A stretch of DNA of 43,450 bases, from IMG/VR virus record IMGVR_UViG_3300017747_002738, positions 1 through 43,450 of that record; one strand, written 5' to 3'. Of this stretch, positions 8,822 to 18,056 are shown piece after piece. The translations under genes and the position numbers were made by a program. Origin of the DNA: a virus. Lineage: Duplodnaviria > Caudoviricetes. The notes beneath the pieces were generated by a model. It had not been told where the DNA came from. It was given only the letters and a program-made list of their open reading frames with translations, and did no database searches. The first letter of the stretch is position 1, and each line of letters begins with the position of its first letter.

Positions 8822-10206
8822 ACAAATGCGGGAAGTTTGATTGGTTTCAGGTTGTGTGATTTCTTTTCGATCTTGAGTTCTTGGGACATTAGCGAAACGA
8901 GTCTTTCGAACATTGTTTCTGCGGCGGCTGATTTGCGCTGAAGGTTAGCGAGCACGCGGCTTTCACCTTCGGACGTTACTACGTCGATCTGGACGGGTCT
9001 GGTTTGGCCAAACCTCCATGATCGTCGAATAGCTTGATACCATTGCTCGAAGCTGTGCGATGGAAAGAACGTCTGATGTGCGCAATGCTGAAAGTTCAAA
9101 CCATGCCCGCAGATGTCCGGCTTGCTAACAAGGAATTGAACCTCGCCGTTTCTAAACGCATCCAAGGTTTCTTCCTTGTGTTCGATGCTGTCGCTTCCAG
9201 AAACTTGCGCCGCGCCAGGAATGAGTTTTTCGAGAAGGTCTCCCTCGGGGTTAAGGTGGCACCACGCTATAGACGGCCCGCCGTTCTCCGTAATCAGTTC
9301 GGCTGCGGTCTCGCAACGTTCGGTTAGTGTTTTCCTACGCTCTTCGCGCTGCTCTTGCAGCCCGTGCGCTGGCAAGGCGATCAACATGCCATCGCGCGGC
9401 GTGCTGCATTTAATCATGTGCTGCCGCGTTTCGAGTGCGGGCAGCGTGAATAGTCGATCATCGAATCCTAAGTCAGATGGCTTCCGAATCGCTCGCGCCC
9501 AAGAGCAAACCCATCGCCAGAAATCTTTCTCGGCATGTCCTCGGAAACGGAACTTTCCGCCGAAGGGATTCTTTGAATGCCTGCCAACTCCGCCGCCTTG
9601 CGCATAGCTGTCGTTGTCGGCCTTGAAGAACATCTTCAGCATATCCACGTATCCGATCTCGCCCAATGCCTCGGAGGATGTCCCAAGCTCGATGTAGTCG
9701 TTCGGCGATGGCGTTGCCGTCCCAAGCATTCGGTAACGAATCTTGCGCATGAAATCTGTGACGGACTTCTTAGTTTCGCCATCGAAGTTTTTCAGGATGG
9801 CCGACTCGTCGCAAACCACGCCTTCAAAATCTTCGGGTTTGAAATAGTGAAGTCGCTCGTAATTGGCGATTACGATTTTGGAGTTAAGCGAGCCATCCCG
9901 CGATTGCAGGCATTCCACGCCAAACTTGATGCCTTCGGAAACGAACTGAGATCCAACGGCCAGCGGGGTCAGAATCAAAACTCTGCCGTTTGTTTTCCTG
10001 ACCACGTTCTCGGCCCAAACCAAAGCCATCGCGGTTTTGCCGAGCCCGCAATCGGCGAAAATGGCGCAGCGACCTTTCCGCAAAGACCAATCGACTAGCG
10101 ATTTTTGGAAGTCGAATAGTTTATCCGGCATGAACAATGGATCGAATCCGTCCATCGTCCCGAGGTGCTGCTTGCGCTCGATAAAAGCTAGGTAGTCGTT
10201 AATCAC
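8818..10206 (-). CDS. SF2 (SNF2-like) helicase
   Basis: FADCGLGKT, VVCDES, TATPSPND, GLNFQHC, QAIRRSWRFGQ; GTG start at 10206 overlaps the upstream stop. Confidence 0.9.
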   Translation of the reverse strand: MINDYLAFIERKQHLGTMDGFDPLFMPDKLFDFQKSLVDWSLRKGRCAIFADCGLGKTAMALVWAENVVRKTNGRVLILTPLAVGSQFVSEGIKFGVECLQSRDGSLNSKIVIANYERLHYFKPEDFEGVVCDESAILKNFDGETKKSVTDFMRKIRYRMLGTATPSPNDYIELGTSSEALGEIGYVDMLKMFFKADNDSYAQGGGVGRHSKNPFGGKFRFRGHAEKDFWRWVCSWARAIRKPSDLGFDDRLFTLPALETRQHMIKCSTPRDGMLIALPAHGLQEQREERRKTLTERCETAAELITENGGPSIAWCHLNPEGDLLEKLIPGAAQVSGSDSIEHKEETLDAFRNGEVQFLVSKPDICGHGLNFQHCAHQTFFPSHSFEQWYQAIRRSWRFGQTRPVQIDVVTSEGESRVLANLQRKSAAAETMFERLVSLMSQELKIEKKSHNLKPIKLPAFV

Positions 10207-10331
10207 TTCAACTTCCTCCAAATGCGTTCCCAGCAACGGCGGCGCGGGCTCCAGCGTTTGGACAGGAACCAAGGAAACGGCGGCTTGGGTTTGATGACGT
10301 TGTTTTCGGTGATGAAATAAACTGGTCTCAT
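10203..10331 (-). CDS. Small basic hypothetical protein (42 aa, not in ORF track)
   Basis: MRPVYFITENNVIKPKPPFPWFLSKRWSPRRRCWERIWRKLK; ATGA and GTGA overlaps at its two ends. Confidence 0.4.
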   Translation of the reverse strand: MRPVYFITENNVIKPKPPFPWFLSKRWSPRRRCWERIWRKLK

Positions 10332-10486
10332 TTTGAAAACTCCTCAGCTGAGACGGCAGTTATGCGAGCGCCCACGTAAAACCCTTTAACGATTCGCAGG
10401 ATGGCGTTCGGTGCTGTCTTTGCGGCTTGCTCATAGCTCACCTTTTTGCCGTTTTTGGTCGTGATTGAAACAAGGTACTTTCTCAT
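10328..10486 (-). CDS. Small hypothetical protein
   Basis: 52 aa from MRKYLVSITTK; GGAGG upstream; overlapping neighbours. Confidence 0.55.
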   Translation of the reverse strand: MRKYLVSITTKNGKKVSYEQAAKTAPNAILRIVKGFYVGARITAVSAEEFSK

Positions 10487-10989
10487 TTCATCGCCTCCAG
10501 AATCGGCCCGATGTTCGCCTTTTGATAACCCGGAGGCTTCATGATTTTGCCCGTGGCATCCGTCACGCAAACATCCCCGGTCGGCAGCGGCTTGAAGTTG
10601 TAACCCTTACCGATGGCTTCGAACGCCTCTTCGTCGGTCCAGATGAATTTCGAGAAGTTTGAGCGCATAACTTCATCGAAGATGCGCTCCATGTCGATGC
10701 CGCAGGCAACGGCGGTGCCGAGAAGCACGACCATGCTGTCCGCGATGCCGTCGGCGATTTCGATAAGGTCTGGCGATTTGTGCGACTCGAAGTCTATGTG
10801 ATCGGCATCTATAAACGGCCTTAGTGAAATCACTTCTAACCCGAGCGCGTGAATCGTCTCCATCGCCTCTTCCATGATAAGTTTGGCCCGAAGTCTTCGC
10901 GCGGCCAAATCTGGCACGGTTGGCGTTGCTGGCGTCGGCAGTCCTGCTTTTTCTGTCCATTGCTGGACTTGAAACTGTTGGCTAGTCAT
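10483..10989 (-). CDS. MazG-like / PRA-PH nucleoside triphosphate pyrophosphohydrolase
   Basis: LRAKLIMEEAME, EIADGIAD, FDEVMRSNFSK, GKIMKPPGY. Confidence 0.85.
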   Translation of the reverse strand: MTSQQFQVQQWTEKAGLPTPATPTVPDLAARRLRAKLIMEEAMETIHALGLEVISLRPFIDADHIDFESHKSPDLIEIADGIADSMVVLLGTAVACGIDMERIFDEVMRSNFSKFIWTDEEAFEAIGKGYNFKPLPTGDVCVTDATGKIMKPPGYQKANIGPILEAMK

Positions 10990-11003
10990 TTTAGTTTTTG
11001 GTT

Positions 11004-11459
11004 TTAAGGTTCAACTTTGCTAAGTGCTGAAACGACATCGGCGAGGCTGCGAACAACGTAGTAGCATCCTTCGCACTCGATAATCAGCCGCTCGAATCGC
11101 TTTTGTTCTTCTGATTGCTTCCCGTTTTCAGTCTTGGCTTCGAGCGCGACGAACTTTCCGCGCCACGGAGCCCACGGGAAAACGAAGTCTGGCCAGCCGA
11201 CTGCGAGCGTTGTCTTGCGGTCCATCCTGGGGTTGCCGACCGGAACGCCTTTCATTCGGAGCCAGTCGGCAATCTGCCGCTGCAAGGCCTTCTCACTGTT
11301 AACGCGGACTTGCTCCTCGATGTCAGGCAGTGTCATTGTTTCGCGCGTCGTGCGTTCTTCGCGGGGCATTAAGCGGCGGATGTGTTCAGGGATGGTTCCG
11401 GTGATTCTCATTCTGGCTTTATATTCAGATGACAGCCTGCGGATTTCTTTTTGGTTCAT
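11004..11459 (-). CDS. VRR-NUC family nuclease (putative resolvase)
   Basis: EKALQRQIADWL...GWPDF...LEAKTENGKQSEEQKRF...YYVVRS. Confidence 0.85.
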   Translation of the reverse strand: MNQKEIRRLSSEYKARMRITGTIPEHIRRLMPREERTTRETMTLPDIEEQVRVNSEKALQRQIADWLRMKGVPVGNPRMDRKTTLAVGWPDFVFPWAPWRGKFVALEAKTENGKQSEEQKRFERLIIECEGCYYVVRSLADVVSALSKVEP

Positions 11460-11767
11460 GGCGCTGTTTCGTAAATGCCTGTGATTTCTTCCGGGAAAAG
11501 AAGGTCGATAGGCTTGCCGCCGAGATTAGACTTGAGAATAAATCCGAAGCCAGTCGGCTCAGTTAAACCAAGCAAAACGAGCGCCGACTTCAATCCGTCG
11601 ATGTCAATTTTTGGAGCCTGACGAATTCGGTAAAATAGAATATCTAAGTCTTTTCTTTCCCCGTCTTTGTAAAGAGCGCCACCAGTCAAAGCCACATGGC
11701 AGCCGAACGCTGGGCATACCGACTCGATTTTGACGCACAAAGCTATGGCTTCAGACTGTGTCCACAT
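11456..11767 (-). CDS. Minimal nucleotidyltransferase-like protein
   Basis: VALTGGALYKDGERKDLDILF (GG...DxD) plus a later IDL acidic strand. Confidence 0.55.
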   Translation of the reverse strand: MWTQSEAIALCVKIESVCPAFGCHVALTGGALYKDGERKDLDILFYRIRQAPKIDIDGLKSALVLLGLTEPTGFGFILKSNLGGKPIDLLFPEEITGIYETAP

Positions 11768-11770
11768 AAC

Positions 11771-12043
11771 TCAAAACGGCACGGTGTCTTCGCCTTCGTC
11801 CGCGAGCTTGATAACCGGCGCCTTGCGCGGCTCAGTCTGTCCTTCCTGCGATGGCTGGCGATCTCTCGGCGGCTGGAAGGACAGGCTGTAAAACTCTCCT
11901 TTCGATCCCTGCTTGAGCCATGCCGACATCTCCAGCATCTTGCCGTATATCATGCAAGTCCCGCGATAGTCCGGCTGATTCGGTCTGTCCTTGTGGTGAT
12001 TCTTAAACAGCGCGCCGCTGTTGTCTCGTTGTTCGTATGCCAT
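11771..12043 (-). CDS. Single-stranded DNA-binding protein (DUF736-like)
   Basis: NSGALFKN...PDYRG...SAWLK...FYSLSF and an acidic tail ending EDTVPF. Confidence 0.75.
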   Translation of the reverse strand: MAYEQRDNSGALFKNHHKDRPNQPDYRGTCMIYGKMLEMSAWLKQGSKGEFYSLSFQPPRDRQPSQEGQTEPRKAPVIKLADEGEDTVPF

Positions 12044-12047
12044 AAAG

Positions 12048-12242
12048 TTAGTTTGTCTCCTTCCACCAATCGCCGTCGTCGCTATCGCGCTCTTGTTCGT
12101 TTTCAAGCTTAGCCACACGCTCGCGCAGCAAGATTATTTCGCGCAGCAAATCTTCTTGAATTTTCATCGCGTAATGGAAAAACATTGACGATCCAATTCC
12201 TCCAATGACGAATGCAACCGCGAGCAAATCTGTCCTGCTCAT
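12048..12242 (-). CDS. Small membrane protein
   Basis: 64 aa; N-terminal hydrophobic helix followed by a coiled coil. Confidence 0.55.
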   Translation of the reverse strand: MSRTDLLAVAFVIGGIGSSMFFHYAMKIQEDLLREIILLRERVAKLENEQERDSDDGDWWKETN

Positions 12243-13327
12243 ATCCTTTCCAAGCTCCCTTCTGATTTTTTGTATGTGACCGCGTCACCGAGGATGCGGC
12301 CAAGTTTCTCCTTTGCTTCCTTCAGGGTTCCTCCGGTGTTTTTGTGGTAGGTCTCGCGCAATCCAGTCAGTGAAACCTTGCAGCATCCAATAAACTCATC
12401 CGGCGCCATCATTTCGGACAACGCTCCCCATGCTTTCATCGGGTCCACTGTCGGCATGTTCCTGCCTTCGGTGATCCGCAGCTTACCCGCGAACGCTTCG
12501 GGATTCTCTTTGATGATCCGTTTAAGCACAGACTCAAGTTGCGCGCCCATGCCTTTAACGACGGTCCAGTGATCGAACATCGTGAGCAGCTTTTCGTGCG
12601 AGAGTTCCGAAGTTTGACCGTAGAGTTCCACGGCGAGCGCGCGCGATTGAAACTCCATGCAATTCAATTTCGCGCGGCAGAACTTGCACCATTCGCCTGA
12701 CGCGCGAGGTGCGTCCGGTTGGTTCGCTTTAGCAATGGCCGCTCGCAGCATTCGCTCGGCGGTTACAATCTCGCCCGGACCGTATTCAACAACGGAGACT
12801 TTCGGGCCTTGCATTGCGTTCGGCTGGACGATGATTCCGTAAATCATTGCGACATCGAAGGCATTGGCCACAAGGACCGCGAGTGCCATTATCTGCGCGT
12901 TCTGTTCCGCCGGTTCGGCCCCGGCCCAGCCGCTTTTGAAGTCGGTGATTACAGCGACATGTCGCTCGTGTGAAATCCGGATAACGTCCGGCTGTCCGCT
13001 GAAGATCTTCTCAAGTTCGTCATTGTGCAACCAAAGCCGCTCCTCACGTGTCAGGCTGTGCGATCCATCTTCGATGTCGATGTATTTGGATGCGGCCTCG
13101 AATTCCAGCCGCTCGCATTTCTCTTTGGTCTCGATCTGGTCCGGCGTGAGTTGAGCGAGTGCCCGCTCGTCCCCGCAGATTGCCGCGTGTATCAGCGTGC
13201 CGCCGTCGCGCACCGCATCGGGAGTCTCTGGCTCGCGTGGTGTTGCCGCTTCGGCTGCGTGGCTGCCTGGGCAGTTCAGGAGTCGCATTGTGCCGCTGGC
13301 GGATGGAAGATGCTTGCGTGTGCTCAT
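12239..13327 (-). CDS. PD-(D/E)XK exonuclease (DUF2800/Cas4-like)
   Basis: PSAS...LNCPGS, GTLIH, SGQPDV, ITDFKSG, NAQIMAL, WCKFCRAKLNC. Confidence 0.85.
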   Translation of the reverse strand: MSTRKHLPSASGTMRLLNCPGSHAAEAATPREPETPDAVRDGGTLIHAAICGDERALAQLTPDQIETKEKCERLEFEAASKYIDIEDGSHSLTREERLWLHNDELEKIFSGQPDVIRISHERHVAVITDFKSGWAGAEPAEQNAQIMALAVLVANAFDVAMIYGIIVQPNAMQGPKVSVVEYGPGEIVTAERMLRAAIAKANQPDAPRASGEWCKFCRAKLNCMEFQSRALAVELYGQTSELSHEKLLTMFDHWTVVKGMGAQLESVLKRIIKENPEAFAGKLRITEGRNMPTVDPMKAWGALSEMMAPDEFIGCCKVSLTGLRETYHKNTGGTLKEAKEKLGRILGDAVTYKKSEGSLERI

Positions 13328-13662
13328 ACTTTTGCCCTCCTCAGCCATTCACCAAACTTCATGAACCCGCCGCCTTCCAAAAATTGCTGATACCGCTGCT
13401 GGCTTCGGCTCAGCTTTGGGGGTTGCGGCGAGTGCTCGCGCATTTCGGACTTGCCTGTTTCAGTAACCGTGAAACAGTGCATTCCTCCGGTCATGGGCTG
13501 CGGCCCGTGGTCAAACATGAATCCAAGCTGTGTAAGCTCGTTGCATTTCGCAAAGTCGTCGGAACCCGGCCCGGTCACGAACCGATTGCGATATTGCGTT
13601 CCTCGCCCGTATCGGTCTGCGCCAAGCGAGTGCTGAAGTATGTGGAGAAGGTCCGGTTTCAT
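13324..13662 (-). CDS. Hypothetical phage protein
   Basis: 112 aa ORF with 4-nt overlaps at both ends. Confidence 0.7.
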   Translation of the reverse strand: MKPDLLHILQHSLGADRYGRGTQYRNRFVTGPGSDDFAKCNELTQLGFMFDHGPQPMTGGMHCFTVTETGKSEMREHSPQPPKLSRSQQRYQQFLEGGGFMKFGEWLRRAKV

Positions 13663-14363
13663 TTCTCAACCCTCCTGAATTCCAGCGCCCAAACCCACGG
13701 GTTGCGGTCCCAATCGTTTGAGGTGCCTACGTAGATCGATTGCCAGAGCTTTGCGAATCCGTTTCGATAGCACGGCGCATCCCAAGACTCGTTCCATTGC
13801 TGGCCTTGCGCGCCGAGGTTGGTGTCCTCGCCCTCTGGTGTTCCGGGGCGATGAAACCAGCGCAGCAGTTCCGAACCTTCCGCTTTTGCATCCGCTTCGC
13901 TGATGTCCATCACGCGCTCAACGCGGACGTTGGTGATTTCGAGCGTGATCCGCGAAGCCCAGCGCGGCATGTGGATCGAGGGCCAAACCCTGTTTGATAG
14001 ATCCTCGCGGAAAGCGTCATAGAATTCTTCAACTGGATCAGTGGCAGGGTAAACCACTCGATACCCAGCGCCTGTTTTGTAGTCTCGTTCGGATTCATCC
14101 CGGATGAGAGGCTGGAAATTCTCGCGCACCCAAATCTGGTCGCCAACCTTTCCGAATGGGCACAGCCAAGCCGCATCTGTGATGTCGATCATTGCCCCTG
14201 CTTTGGCGCATGGCCACCAATGGTCGCACTTGTCGCGTCGGCTTCGGATGTCAACAGGGATAGGTTCCGGCTGCGGCTTAATCGGCCTCCGCGTCTGCGT
14301 CTTACTGCCGCCCAGAATCGCGCGGACCATCGGAGATGTGAATAGAAGCGGGGTGGATTTCAT
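13659..14363 (-). CDS. ASCH/PUA-like phage protein (so-called morphogenetic protein family)
   Basis: MVRAILGGSKTQTRR, CPFGKVGDQIWVRE, PSIHMPRWASRITLEIT, WDRNPWVW. Confidence 0.85.
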   Translation of the reverse strand: MKSTPLLFTSPMVRAILGGSKTQTRRPIKPQPEPIPVDIRSRRDKCDHWWPCAKAGAMIDITDAAWLCPFGKVGDQIWVRENFQPLIRDESERDYKTGAGYRVVYPATDPVEEFYDAFREDLSNRVWPSIHMPRWASRITLEITNVRVERVMDISEADAKAEGSELLRWFHRPGTPEGEDTNLGAQGQQWNESWDAPCYRNGFAKLWQSIYVGTSNDWDRNPWVWALEFRRVEK

Positions 14364-14593
14364 GGCTTCACCTTCTCGCGTTCGGCCAGCATCGAATCCG
14401 CTATCTCGTAGGCCACAACCGCGAATTCGTTTTGGCGGTCTTCGTGGATGCGTAATTCTCGAATGACCGCTGGCAGCGCCGCTGCCGCGAAGTAATCGCG
14501 CAGGGTCATTCCGCAGTCTGCCCATTGAATGACATCGCCATTTCCGTTTATTTGTTGGGCGGTTGGAAAAGCCTGTGGGTTTGGAATGCTCAT
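14360..14593 (-). CDS. Conserved small phage protein
   Basis: AFP...GMTLRDYFAAAAL...AYEIADSMLAER. Confidence 0.8.
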   Translation of the reverse strand: MSIPNPQAFPTAQQINGNGDVIQWADCGMTLRDYFAAAALPAVIRELRIHEDRQNEFAVVAYEIADSMLAEREKVKP

Positions 14594-15459
14594 CGCACCC
14601 CCACTTTCACTTCCGCGAAGATCACCAACGCCGGGCACTTCCTCAGCGGGTTCTCGGCGGCATTAATGCGCTTCAGAATCTCGGAGCGGTTCGGTTCGAG
14701 AGTCACAAGGGACTTGTCGAACGTGTATAGTTCGTGAATGTCCAGAACCTCGAAGTTGAACCGCTCGCGCACAGTCATTCCCGATGTCTTCGGCTGCGCG
14801 AATGTGACAACCTGCCGACCAGCTTCCTGATGCTGCCGGTGCAACTCGGCTTGCTGTGCCGCTTCGGCCGCTCGCTGCTTCTCCTGGGCTGCTCGGGCCT
14901 CGGCTTGCTCTCGGGCGAGCTTGTCGGCCTGTTCCTGAGCGGCCCGACGTGCTTGGGCGTTCTCGGCGTTGCTGGCGTCCTGCTGCGCTTTGATGCGCTC
15001 GCGCTCGATGCGTGCTGCCTCTTCCTGTGCCTTGCGCGCAGCTTCCTGCGCCTCGCGCTCGGCCTTCAGTCTCTCTGCCTCGATCCGGCGAATCTCAGCC
15101 TGCCTGGCGCGTTCGGCTTCCTCGACTTTCCGGCGTTCAACCCGCTCGAATCCGGCGAGCAGTTCCCCGAGGCGCGCTTTCTCGACTTCCAGCGGCGAAG
15201 CAAAGGTCCGCGCGGTCTCGTCGATATTCCGGCCAGCCGCGAGCACGGGCTCTTTGATTTGCTTTCGCGAGTCTTCGACGGCTTTCAAAAGCGCCGTGAC
15301 GGTGCGGAGCGCGTCTGCGGCCTGCTTTTGCGATGCGGCATCGGATACGGCCTTGACCGCTGATGCCGTGGCCAGCGCCTCGGTTTTGCGCGTGATTGAT
15401 TCGGCGGGTATCTCGACCGTGATCGAGCTTGCTCCTTGAAGGATTAGGGCGGTGGTCAT
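14590..15459 (-). CDS. Coiled-coil protein of the recombination module
   Basis: 289 aa, E/A/R/Q-rich coiled coil; VEDSRKQIKEPVLAAGRNID; next to RecT. Confidence 0.75.
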   Translation of the reverse strand: MTTALILQGASSITVEIPAESITRKTEALATASAVKAVSDAASQKQAADALRTVTALLKAVEDSRKQIKEPVLAAGRNIDETARTFASPLEVEKARLGELLAGFERVERRKVEEAERARQAEIRRIEAERLKAEREAQEAARKAQEEAARIERERIKAQQDASNAENAQARRAAQEQADKLAREQAEARAAQEKQRAAEAAQQAELHRQHQEAGRQVVTFAQPKTSGMTVRERFNFEVLDIHELYTFDKSLVTLEPNRSEILKRINAAENPLRKCPALVIFAEVKVGVR

Positions 15460-15677
15460 TTGAAGGTTGTGTTTCGGAATACGTAGGTCAGTTCTTCCAT
15501 GCTGGCCGCAATTCTTTCGTGCGCTTCCATGGACCTGCTGAGGCGCGCTTCGACGGCCTTGTAGTGGTCGTCGAGCTTGTCTAATTCACGCTTCTTTCTC
15601 GGGGCGAAAGTGAAAATTCCAACGACTAACCCAGCCACAAAAGCCAACCCGGCCGCGAATGCGTTAAAGATGATCAC
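15456..15677 (-). CDS. Small membrane protein
   Basis: N-terminal TM helix followed by a basic patch. Confidence 0.6.
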   Translation of the reverse strand: MIIFNAFAAGLAFVAGLVVGIFTFAPRKKRELDKLDDHYKAVEARLSRSMEAHERIAASMEELTYVFRNTTFK

Positions 15678-16708
15678 GCCGCACCCCCAGCCGGATAAGC
15701 CGCGTTCAGCCCCTTAACGATCGATTGCCAGCTTTTGACCAAGTGAGCGGCTTTTGCGTCCGGGATCTCTGCAATCGTTTTCTGAGATTCGAGCGCCCAA
15801 CCTTGGTCGTGCGCCAGCGCCATGAAGTTCGATTCGGTGTGGCATGCGCCGGTCACCAGCGCCAGAAGCTTGGCTTGCGGCGTGATCTCGTGTTCCGCTG
15901 GCGCGGCCTTGCGCTCCTGCTTAGCTGCCGGGCGTTCAGTCCGCTCGGTTGGTGCCTCGGTCTCGCGTTCAATCGGCACGCGCTCTGGCTCGTCCTGGGG
16001 TTGCAATGCGGGCTCGGGTGCCGATGGCTCGGGCAGAAGGTTCGCGATGTTCGTTGCAATCGCAGGCTTGGCGGCTGCAATGGCCATGTCCTCGTGGCTG
16101 CGGAACTGCTCGCCTGGAATGTAAAGACCGCCAAGCTTCGTCGGAAACTCGCGGCGCAAGGCGTCAGCCTCGGCGCACTTTGCGATCATTCCGGCCGGGT
16201 CACTGTTCCAAAACTTGTTGTTCTTCTTGAATCCGTTGATTCGAATGCGTGACTTTGTTGGATGGCTGCGATTCTTTCGGAACACTTTGGCCCATCCACC
16301 AACGACCGTCTCGTTGTCATCGTGATATTCGCCTTCAAGTTCAACTGTGGTCCCGTCCTCGCGCCGGACAATGATGCCGGACTCCAGCCCGTCATATTCA
16401 GGACTGACTTCGGCTCGCTTGTAGAAAGCCTGAACGCCGGTAATGATCGAGAACTCCGGCCCGCTCTGGCCATCGTAGCCAACGAGATAGGCGTCGCCTT
16501 CGAACGGATTCAGCGCCCGCGCGTGGCAAAGCATCATGAATTTCATCGCGTCTGACTCGGTTGGAAGCTGGCCGCGCGAAGTCGGCTTGCAAAGGAACTT
16601 TAGGACGATTTGAAGGCTGAGCTTCACTTTTGTATCCCCGCCAAACGGCGTGTATTCGATGAATTTCTCTTCCTTCGTTGATGTTGGTTTTGTAACTGAT
16701 TGGCTCAT
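15674..16708 (-). CDS. recT: RecT/Bet single-strand annealing protein
   Basis: FMMLCHARALNPFEGDAYLV, GGWAKVFRK, W...PAGMIAKCAEADALRREFP. Confidence 0.9.
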   Translation of the reverse strand: MSQSVTKPTSTKEEKFIEYTPFGGDTKVKLSLQIVLKFLCKPTSRGQLPTESDAMKFMMLCHARALNPFEGDAYLVGYDGQSGPEFSIITGVQAFYKRAEVSPEYDGLESGIIVRREDGTTVELEGEYHDDNETVVGGWAKVFRKNRSHPTKSRIRINGFKKNNKFWNSDPAGMIAKCAEADALRREFPTKLGGLYIPGEQFRSHEDMAIAAAKPAIATNIANLLPEPSAPEPALQPQDEPERVPIERETEAPTERTERPAAKQERKAAPAEHEITPQAKLLALVTGACHTESNFMALAHDQGWALESQKTIAEIPDAKAAHLVKSWQSIVKGLNAAYPAGGAA

Positions 16709-16744
16709 ATTTTCGATTTCTGGTTGGTTAAAAGGTTTGAAAAG

Positions 16745-17437
16745 TTAGGTCGCCTTCGCGATAACCGGCTCTTCCTGCTTCTGAAATCCTTCGACGATCT
16801 TCAGAAACTCCGGCTGGTATTCAATCGAGTCATCGAGCTTGCACTGCATGACGAGCCCGTAGAATTGAGCGCACGCGGTAAGCCGGACTTCGACGCACTG
16901 CTCTTTACCCACAAGGTTCATCTGCACCACGGGCAGGCATTCCATCACCTTTGCGGCTTTGGCAAAGTCGCCGACGAGTTCGGCGTTCAGTCCAATGTCT
17001 GAAATTGGCTCGCGCTGTTTGGACTTCGAAGGAATGACTTTGCGCCAGTCCGGATAGGTGCCTTCGATCAGCGCGCCTGCGTGAACGTCCAAGTAAACAT
17101 CCTTGCCGTAGACCGTGGCGACGAGTCGCTTGCTGCCTGGGTTGTTCTCCAGTTCGATCCATGACGAGATTTTCCCGCCGCATGCTTTCGAGAGATGCAC
17201 GATGATGTTCGCGAATTCGGGATCGAGCGTGATGGCGTGATCCTCGGTGGCAACTTCGGATTGAACGGCCGCGCTCTCGATTGCGACCAGCCTGCGCCCG
17301 TCGCACGCGACAAGCATCGGAGTTTCGCGCTCGGGAGTTACTTCGATTCGAACGCCGTTCAGCGTCATTCGCGATTCGTCTGTGCTCGCGAAGATGAGCG
17401 CGGCCTTTAGTTCCTGTCTGGTGATGATGATTTTCAT
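16745..17437 (-). CDS. DNA polymerase III beta-clamp-like protein (two-domain)
   Basis: FASTDESRMTLNGV, VACDGRRL, IEGTYPDWRKVIP, YGLVMQC. Confidence 0.75.
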   Translation of the reverse strand: MKIIITRQELKAALIFASTDESRMTLNGVRIEVTPERETPMLVACDGRRLVAIESAAVQSEVATEDHAITLDPEFANIIVHLSKACGGKISSWIELENNPGSKRLVATVYGKDVYLDVHAGALIEGTYPDWRKVIPSKSKQREPISDIGLNAELVGDFAKAAKVMECLPVVQMNLVGKEQCVEVRLTACAQFYGLVMQCKLDDSIEYQPEFLKIVEGFQKQEEPVIAKAT

Positions 17438-17459
17438 AGTTACTTCCTTAAAATTGCCC

Positions 17460-17810
17460 TCACGCGCGCCCGCCCGCCCACAAGCCCGAAGGCAGACAAG
17501 CGCGGCGAGGAAGGTTCACGTCGCCAGAAACGATCATTCTCCTGATAACACTCTGAAGCTTTTCGATGGTCTTTTCCTTCATCGCATCATCGAACCAATC
17601 CGGTGTCCGTTCCTCGTCTATCTTGAGCTTGTATTTCTCCGGCTTATCGAAGTCATCCTTGTTCTCTGGAAAGAATTCCACGCGAGCGAAGTTGATGCGC
17701 GGGCCTTCTTTGATGTTGTTCATCCGGATTAAATCCGAATGGGATTCTGTCCACGGAGAGTAAAGTAAATCTCCGTTTCGCATGACGATTGCTGATTTGA
17801 ATTGGCACAT
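17460..17810 (-). CDS. Hypothetical protein
   Basis: 116 aa from MCQFKSAIV; A-rich leader; C-terminus runs through a GC-rich hairpin. Confidence 0.65.
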   Translation of the reverse strand: MCQFKSAIVMRNGDLLYSPWTESHSDLIRMNNIKEGPRINFARVEFFPENKDDFDKPEKYKLKIDEERTPDWFDDAMKEKTIEKLQSVIRRMIVSGDVNLPRRACLPSGLWAGGRA

Positions 17811-18056
17811 AGGTTTTGGTTGGTTAAAATAGAAACGAAAGCGGGTCATCGCGGAGCGTGGATTGTTTCTGCCAGCGAACGCTTTCGCGTGAACCGAGAT
17901 AATTCGCTCGATTCGTGTCTGGGTTACTCCTGTCGTCTTGCATCGCTCGCCGCTTTCGAAATTGGTTAAAAAATTGTGCGGCACTCTCTCCGCCCGTCAC
18001 GCCTAGTTTTTCGCTCTCAAGTTGCGAGGCCCGGCGTTCTCCCGAGATTGTTAAAA

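Noticed and set aside
10325-10356. 13 nt match (GTCTCATTTTGAA) to the C4 target region at 7170-7182, plus a nearby CTGAGACGGC
   Set aside because: No partner GTGGAA site nearby and it lies at an ordinary ATGA gene junction; likely chance
12239-13327. Cas4 or CRISPR association
   Set aside because: No repeat-spacer array or other cas genes; this is the common stand-alone phage nuclease near RecT and SSB
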